Shown here: piece after piece, positions 58,111 to 64,000 of the stretch | Layout: the number at the start of each line of letters is the position of its first letter | Numbering within the stretch: the stretch's first letter is position 1 | Source: Desulfosoma sp. | GTDB taxonomy: Bacteria; Desulfobacterota; Syntrophobacteria; Syntrophobacterales; DSM-9756 | Assembly: GCA_037481835.1 (NCBI GenBank) | Contig: JBBFKW010000001.1 | Coordinates: 1 to 64,000 of the forward strand | Reading direction: 5' to 3' | DNA: 64,000 nt | Notes under the pieces: generated by a model | The model's database searches: none | What the model saw: only the letters and a program-made list of their open reading frames with translations | Told to the model about the DNA's origin: nothing | Translations under genes and position numbers: made by a program

Positions 58111-59289
58111 ATGAAAAAACCGTGGCAGAGGCCTCCGGCCCTCATCGTCTTGGAAGACGGCACCGTGTTTCGAGGCAGGGCTTTCGCCGCTGCGGAACAG
58201 GGCCGCGTGCTCGGCGAAGTGGTGTTCAACACGGCCATGACCGGATACCAGGAAGTCCTCACGGACCCGTCCTACAAGGGACAGATCGTCACCATGACCT
58301 ACCCCTTGACGGGCACTTACGGGATCAACGATGAGGACATGGAGTCGGCGCGCATCCAGGTGGAAGCCTTTCTCGTCAAGGAATACCAGGATTTTGCCAG
58401 CAACTGGCGAAGCCGCCGTTCTCTCGCCGAATTCCTGGAATCCCAAGGGGTGATGGGCGTGGAAGGCATCGACACGCGGCGCCTCACCCGCCACATCCGC
58501 CGCATCGGGGCCATGCGCGGCGTCATCGCGACGGACACGGACAACGTGGGGGAACTCCTGGACCAGGTGCGGGCTTTTCCGGGCCTGGTGGGCGTGGACA
58601 TGGTCCGAAAGGTCACGTGCCCGGCACCCTATCGGTGGGAAAACGGCCCCCGGCCCGGCGCCTCGTGGCGTGAAGACCACCCGGGCTTTCGGGTGGCCGC
58701 CCTGGACTTCGGCGTCAAGTACAACATCTTGCGAAACCTGGAACGCTGCGGCTGCCAGGTCCTCGTCTTTCCGGCCCACACGCCTGCGGAGTCCGTTTTG
58801 GCCGCCGATCCCGACGGCGTTTTCCTTTCCAACGGGCCCGGCGACCCGGCCGCCGTCACCTACGGCATCGAAACGGTGCGGCGTCTTCTCGGCCGAAAGC
58901 CCATGTTCGGCATCTGCCTGGGCCACCAGCTCATGGGGCTGGCTCTCGGAGGCCGCACCTTCAAGCTCAAGTTCGGGCACCGCGGCGCCAACCAGCCCGT
59001 CAAGGACCTGCGTACGGGACGCGTGGAAGTGACCAGCCAAAACCACGGGTTCTGCGTGGATTTGGAGTCCATGAAAGACGTCCCGGTCCGGCCGACCCAC
59101 ATCAATTTGAACGACAACACGCTGGAAGGCATGGAACACCTGGAAATTCCCGCCTACAGCGTCCAATACCACCCGGAAGCCGCCCCGGGTCCCCATGACG
59201 CCGTCTACCTTTTCCAACGGTTCATCGACCTGATGCGCCGAGACAAAGGCCTCCGCCCCGACGATTCCCCTCATCCCCAAAGGCCTTAG
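58111..59289 (+). CDS. carA: Carbamoyl-phosphate synthase small subunit
   Basis: GEVVFNTAMTGYQE, GICLGHQ and QYHPEAAPGP. Confidence 0.97.
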   Translation: MKKPWQRPPALIVLEDGTVFRGRAFAAAEQGRVLGEVVFNTAMTGYQEVLTDPSYKGQIVTMTYPLTGTYGINDEDMESARIQVEAFLVKEYQDFASNWRSRRSLAEFLESQGVMGVEGIDTRRLTRHIRRIGAMRGVIATDTDNVGELLDQVRAFPGLVGVDMVRKVTCPAPYRWENGPRPGASWREDHPGFRVAALDFGVKYNILRNLERCGCQVLVFPAHTPAESVLAADPDGVFLSNGPGDPAAVTYGIETVRRLLGRKPMFGICLGHQLMGLALGGRTFKLKFGHRGANQPVKDLRTGRVEVTSQNHGFCVDLESMKDVPVRPTHINLNDNTLEGMEHLEIPAYSVQYHPEAAPGPHDAVYLFQRFIDLMRRDKGLRPDDSPHPQRP

Positions 59290-59313
59290 GCCGCCTCAAC
59301 GGAGCTTTTCTCC

Positions 59314-62300
59314 ATGCCCAAAAGGACGGACATCCACAAGATTCTCATCATCGGATCGGGCCCCATCGTCATCAGCCAAGCGTGCGAATTCGACTACTCG
59401 GGCACCCAGGCGTGCAAAGCCTTGCGGGAAGAAGGCTACGAGGTGGTCCTCATCAACAGCAACCCGGCGACCATCATGACCGATCCGGAAATGGCTCACC
59501 GCACCTACATCGAACCCATCACGCCGGAGGCCGTGGCCAAGATCATCGAAAAGGAACGGCCCGACGCCCTGCTCCCCACCCTGGGGGGCCAGACGGCCCT
59601 GAACACCGCCGTGCGTGTGGCGGAACAAGGGGTGCTGGACCGATTCGGGGTGGAAATGATCGGGGCGCGCGCGGAAGCCATCAAGAAAGCCGAAGACCGG
59701 CAGCTGTTCCGGGACGCCATGGAACGCATCGGGCTGCGGGTGCCTCGAAGCGGAATCGCCTACACGGAAAACGAAGCCCGGGAGATCGCCGACGCCATCG
59801 GCTTTCCCGTGATCGTGCGGCCCGCCTTCACCCTGGGAGGCACGGGGGGCGGGATCGCCTACAACCGGGAAGAACTCATGGAACTGGCCCGAGCCGGCCT
59901 GGACGCCAGCCTGATCCATCAGGTCATGCTGGAAGAATCGGTGCTGGGCTGGAAGGAATTCGAACTGGAAGTCATGCGGGACCGCATGGACAATGCGGTC
60001 GTGATCTGTTCCATCGAAAACGTGGACCCCATGGGCGTCCATACGGGGGATTCCATCACCGTGGCCCCGGCCCAGACCCTCACGGACCGGGAATATCAAA
60101 GGATGCGCGATGCCGCCATCGCCATCCTTCGGGAAATCGGCGTGGAAACCGGGGGATCCAACGTCCAGTTCGCCGTCAACCCCAAAGACGGCGATATGGT
60201 CGTCATCGAAATGAACCCGAGGGTCTCCCGCTCCTCCGCCCTGGCCTCCAAGGCCACGGGCTTTCCCATCGCCAAGATCGCCGCCAAGCTCGCCGTGGGC
60301 TACACTCTGGACGAACTGGCCAACGACATCACGCGGGAAACGAAAGCGTCCTTCGAACCCACCATCGATTACGTGGTGGTGAAAATCCCCCGGTTCACCT
60401 TCGAAAAATTTCCCGAGACGGAAGATTTTCTCACCACGTCCATGAAGTCCGTGGGAGAGACCATGGCCATCGGCCGCACTTTCAAGGAGGCCCTCCAGAA
60501 GGCCATAAGGTCCCTGGAAATCGGCCGCTACGGCTTTTCGGACCCGGCCCCCGCCGGCGGCGGTCCCGAACACCTGGAAGCCTTGCGCCAGGCCCTGCGC
60601 CGTCCCAATTCCCGGCGGCTCTTCCAGATCGGCGAAGCCTTCAAGCTGGGCCTTTCCGTGGAAGAGCTCCACGCCCTCACGGCCATCGACCCGTGGTTTT
60701 TGGAACACATCCGCGACATTGTGGAAATGGAAGAAGCCATCCGCCGGGAAAACCTCACGGCCGAACCGGAAGGCCTGCGCCTGGCCAAGAGCTGGGGCTT
60801 TTCGGACCGGCGCCTTGGGGAACTCACGGGAAGGGACGAAGAAGCCGTTCGGCGGGAGCGCCTCCGGCACGGCATCCGCCCGGTCTACAAGCTCGTGGAC
60901 ACCTGCGCCGCGGAATTCGAAGCCTATACCCCATACTTTTATTCCACGTACGAAGAAGAGGACGAATCGCGCCCGTCCGACCGGCCCAAGGTCATGATCC
61001 TGGGCGGCGGGCCCAACCGCATCGGCCAGGGGATCGAATTCGACTACTGCTGCGTCCATGCTTCCTTCGCCCTCAAGGAATCGGGCATGGAATCCATCAT
61101 GGTCAATTCCAACCCGGAAACGGTCTCCACGGACTACGACACTTCGGACAAACTCTACTTCGAGCCCCTCACCCGGGAAGACGTCCTGCACATCGTGGAA
61201 ACCGAAAAACCCCTGGGGCTCATCGTCCAATTCGGCGGCCAGACGCCGCTCAATTTGGCCGTCCCCCTGGAACGGGCCGGAGTCCCCATCATCGGGACGA
61301 CGCCGGACGCCATCGATTTGGCCGAAGACCGCAAGCGTTTCCAACAGCTTTTGCAAAAACTCGGACTCCGGCAGCCGGAAAACGCCACGGCCATGACGGC
61401 CGACGAAGCGGCGGAGGCCGCCCGGCGGATCGGCTATCCCGTGGTCGTTCGCCCGTCCTATGTGCTGGGGGGGCGGGCCATGGAAATCGTCTACGACGAA
61501 CCGTCGCTTCGCCGCTTTACGGACGTGGCCGCCTCGGTTTCCCCGGGCCATCCCATCCTCATCGACAAGTTCCTGGAAGACGCCGTGGAACTGGACGTGG
61601 ACGCCGTCTGCGACGGGGAGACGACCGTCATCGGCGGCATCATGGAACACATCGAAGCCGCGGGGATCCATTCGGGCGACAGCGCGTGCGTCCTGCCGCC
61701 CGTGCACCTGTCCCGGGACCTCCAGGAAGAGGTCAAACGGCAGACGCGCCTTCTCGCCCACGGCCTCGGCGTCGTGGGGCTGATGAACGTCCAGTTCGCC
61801 ATCCAAAACGAGCGGATCTACGTGCTGGAAGTAAACCCGCGGGCATCCCGCACGGTGCCCTTTGTGAGCAAAGCGACCGGGGTGCCCCTGGCCAAGATCG
61901 CCACCAAGGTCATGCTTGGCCGGAAGTTGCGGGACCTGGGATTCGACCGCGAAAGGGAACCGCGCCACGTGTCGGTGAAAGAATCCGTTTTCCCCTTTTC
62001 CCGATTCCCCGGCGTGGATATCCTTCTAGGTCCGGAAATGAAGTCCACCGGCGAAGTCATGGGGATCGACCGGAGCTTCGGCCTGGCCTACGCCAAGGCC
62101 CAGATGGGCGCAGGCTACACCCTGCCCCTTTCGGGAACCGTTTTCATCAGCGTCCACGACAAGGACAAGGCGGCGGTCGTCCCCATCGCCCGTTCGTTTC
62201 ACGAGATGGGCTTCAGCCTCATCGCCACGGCGGGCACCCGCACCGCCCTGGCGGACCACGGCGTTCCGGCCGAAAAGGTGCACAAGCTCAGCGAAGGGCG

Positions 62301-62589
62301 GCCCCACGTGCTGGATTACATCAAAAACGGGCAGGTGCAGCTTGTGGTGAACACGAGTTTCGGCAAGAAGACGTTTTCCGACGCCTACCACATCCGCCGC
62401 GCGACGATTTTCTACAATCTCCCCTACGCGACGACCATCGCCGGGGCTCGAGCCATGGCCCAGGCCGTGGCGGAACTGCGCGCGGGGGATTGGGATGTGC
62501 GGGCGATCCAGGACTACCATCGAGAGGCTTCGAGTCACGAACGGCTTTCCGCAGCAGGCACTGGACCCTCAAGGACAAACGGCTCATGA
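59314..62589 (+). CDS. carB: Carbamoyl-phosphate synthase large subunit
   Basis: [24 protein letters not shown]; two ATP-grasp domains; MGS domain. Confidence 0.98.
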   Translation: MPKRTDIHKILIIGSGPIVISQACEFDYSGTQACKALREEGYEVVLINSNPATIMTDPEMAHRTYIEPITPEAVAKIIEKERPDALLPTLGGQTALNTAVRVAEQGVLDRFGVEMIGARAEAIKKAEDRQLFRDAMERIGLRVPRSGIAYTENEAREIADAIGFPVIVRPAFTLGGTGGGIAYNREELMELARAGLDASLIHQVMLEESVLGWKEFELEVMRDRMDNAVVICSIENVDPMGVHTGDSITVAPAQTLTDREYQRMRDAAIAILREIGVETGGSNVQFAVNPKDGDMVVIEMNPRVSRSSALASKATGFPIAKIAAKLAVGYTLDELANDITRETKASFEPTIDYVVVKIPRFTFEKFPETEDFLTTSMKSVGETMAIGRTFKEALQKAIRSLEIGRYGFSDPAPAGGGPEHLEALRQALRRPNSRRLFQIGEAFKLGLSVEELHALTAIDPWFLEHIRDIVEMEEAIRRENLTAEPEGLRLAKSWGFSDRRLGELTGRDEEAVRRERLRHGIRPVYKLVDTCAAEFEAYTPYFYSTYEEEDESRPSDRPKVMILGGGPNRIGQGIEFDYCCVHASFALKESGMESIMVNSNPETVSTDYDTSDKLYFEPLTREDVLHIVETEKPLGLIVQFGGQTPLNLAVPLERAGVPIIGTTPDAIDLAEDRKRFQQLLQKLGLRQPENATAMTADEAAEAARRIGYPVVVRPSYVLGGRAMEIVYDEPSLRRFTDVAASVSPGHPILIDKFLEDAVELDVDAVCDGETTVIGGIMEHIEAAGIHSGDSACVLPPVHLSRDLQEEVKRQTRLLAHGLGVVGLMNVQFAIQNERIYVLEVNPRASRTVPFVSKATGVPLAKIATKVMLGRKLRDLGFDREREPRHVSVKESVFPFSRFPGVDILLGPEMKSTGEVMGIDRSFGLAYAKAQMGAGYTLPLSGTVFISVHDKDKAAVVPIARSFHEMGFSLIATAGTRTALADHGVPAEKVHKLSEGRPHVLDYIKNGQVQLVVNTSFGKKTFSDAYHIRRATIFYNLPYATTIAGARAMAQAVAELRAGDWDVRAIQDYHREASSHERLSAAGTGPSRTNGS

Positions 62590-64000
62590 ACGCGAACAGG
62601 GTTCTTCCCCGCCCATCCCTCCATCGACCCAGCCGGCGAGAAGAATGCGGCGTCTTCGGCGTCTTCGGCCATCCCGAAGCCGCCAAACTCACCTACTTCG
62701 GCCTCTACGCCCTCCAGCATCGAGGGCAGGAAAGCGCCGGCATCACCACTTCGGACGGCTGCCACATCTACGACTACAAGCACATGGGGTTGGTTTCCGA
62801 AGTGTTCAAGGAAGACACCCTTCAGGGGCTCAAAGGCCACCTGGCCATCGGGCACGTGCGCTATTCCACCACGGGATCGTCCCGGCTCGCCAACGCCCAG
62901 CCCTTCGTGGTGCTTCACAAGAACGAGTATTACGGCATCGCCCACAACGGCAACCTCGTGAACGCCGCACGGTTGCGCCGCGACCTGGAACGGGAAGGAA
63001 CCATCTTCCAGTCCACCATGGACACGGAAGTCATCGTCCACCTTCTGGCCCGCCGGCTTCGCTACGGGCTGGAAGAAGCCCTTGCGGACGCCTTGGCCCA
63101 GGTGGAAGGAGCCTATTCCTTGGTGCTCTGCACCCGGGACACCCTCATCGGCGCCCGAGACCCCCGCGGGTTCCGTCCCCTGTGCCTGGGGCAGATGAAC
63201 GGCAGCTACGTGCTGTCCTCGGAAACATGCGCCCTGGACCTCATCGAAGCCACCTATATCCGCGATGTGGAACCCGGAGAGATCGTCATCATCGACCGAA
63301 ACGGGCTGCGGTCCCTCAAGCCTTTCAATCCGGCGCCCAGCGCCTACTGCATTTTTGAATTCATCTACTTCGCCCGCCCCGACAGCACCATCTTCGGCCA
63401 AAACGTCTACAGCTGCCGAAAGCGACTCGGGCACCTCATGGCCCAGGAAAACACCCTCGATGCGGATCTCGTCATGCCGTTTCCCGATTCGGGGACCTAC
63501 GCCGCCTTGGGCTTTTCGGAAGAATCGGGAATCCCGCTGGAAATGGGAGTCATCCGAAACCACTATGTCGGGCGGACCTTCATCCAGCCATCCCAGACCA
63601 TGCGGGATTTCAGCGTGCGGATCAAGCTGAACCCCGTCCGGGAAATCCTCAAGGGCAAGCGGGTCATCATCGTGGAAGATTCCATCATCCGCGGCACAAC
63701 GACGCGCACTCGAATCAAGACGCTGCGGGAAGCCGGAGCCCGCGAAGTGCACATGGTGGTGAGTTGCCCGCCGCACCGGCATCCGTGCCCGTACGGCATC
63801 GACTTTTCCACCAAAGGAGAACTCATCGCGGCGCAGCACACCGTGGAAGAAATCCGCGCCTTCATCGGGCTGGATTCCCTGGCCTACCTCTCCTTGGAAG
63901 GACTCTTGAAAGGGGCCGGAGCCACCCCGCAGGCGCATCCCTATTGTCTCGCGTGCTTCACGGGGAATTACCCGGTGGCGTTTCACGAAGAGGTGCGAAA
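62586..64000 (+). CDS. purF: Amidophosphoribosyltransferase (3' end beyond the window; absent from the ORF track)
   Basis: My translation from ATG 62586: ..[57 protein letters not shown]. Confidence 0.95.
   Translation, partial: MNANRVLPRPSLHRPSRREECGVFGVFGHPEAAKLTYFGLYALQHRGQESAGITTSDGCHIYDYKHMGLVSEVFKEDTLQGLKGHLAIGHVRYSTTGSSRLANAQPFVVLHKNEYYGIAHNGNLVNAARLRRDLEREGTIFQSTMDTEVIVHLLARRLRYGLEEALADALAQVEGAYSLVLCTRDTLIGARDPRGFRPLCLGQMNGSYVLSSETCALDLIEATYIRDVEPGEIVIIDRNGLRSLKPFNPAPSAYCIFEFIYFARPDSTIFGQNVYSCRKRLGHLMAQENTLDADLVMPFPDSGTYAALGFSEESGIPLEMGVIRNHYVGRTFIQPSQTMRDFSVRIKLNPVREILKGKRVIIVEDSIIRGTTTRTRIKTLREAGAREVHMVVSCPPHRHPCPYGIDFSTKGELIAAQHTVEEIRAFIGLDSLAYLSLEGLLKGAGATPQAHPYCLACFTGNYPVAFHEEVR

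Noticed and set aside
59296..61968. Long antisense ORFs (also 41046..43640, 36124..37629, 32655..34190, 2991..4358, 62535..63986)
   Set aside because: They are shadow ORFs opposite well-supported genes in GC-rich DNA, with no recognisable motifs.

Overview
GC-rich bacterial chromosome segment. Gene content (short EF-Ts, TrpB2, sigma-54-type promoters, ExeA-like ATPase) suggests a deltaproteobacterium/Desulfobacterota; this is inference only. About 1-34 kb is an accessory cell-surface/exopolysaccharide region. It holds decayed and nested IS elements (IS1380-like x3, ISKra4-like, one intact ISL3), a GT4 glycosyltransferase, several secreted FN3/beta-helix/lectin-like proteins (two share a 959-bp identical core), secreted proteases, and a ~1,876-aa sulfotransferase-coiled-coil-triple glycosyltransferase. 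It also has a c-di-GMP-I riboswitch, an unannotated 50-aa lasso-peptide-type precursor, an Sm/LSm-fold protein and a heptad-repeat nuclease-like protein. About 35-64 kb is mostly core genome: tRNA-Glu, tRNA-Lys, rpsB-tsf-pyrH-frr-uppS-cdsA-dxr-rseP-tsaB-der, cysQ, an MNT-HEPN toxin-antitoxin pair, trpB2 behind a Trp-rich leader peptide with a two-terminator attenuator, gltA, comF, icd, prmA, kdsB, carAB and a partial purF. No CRISPR array, rRNA, phage or reverse transcriptase was seen.
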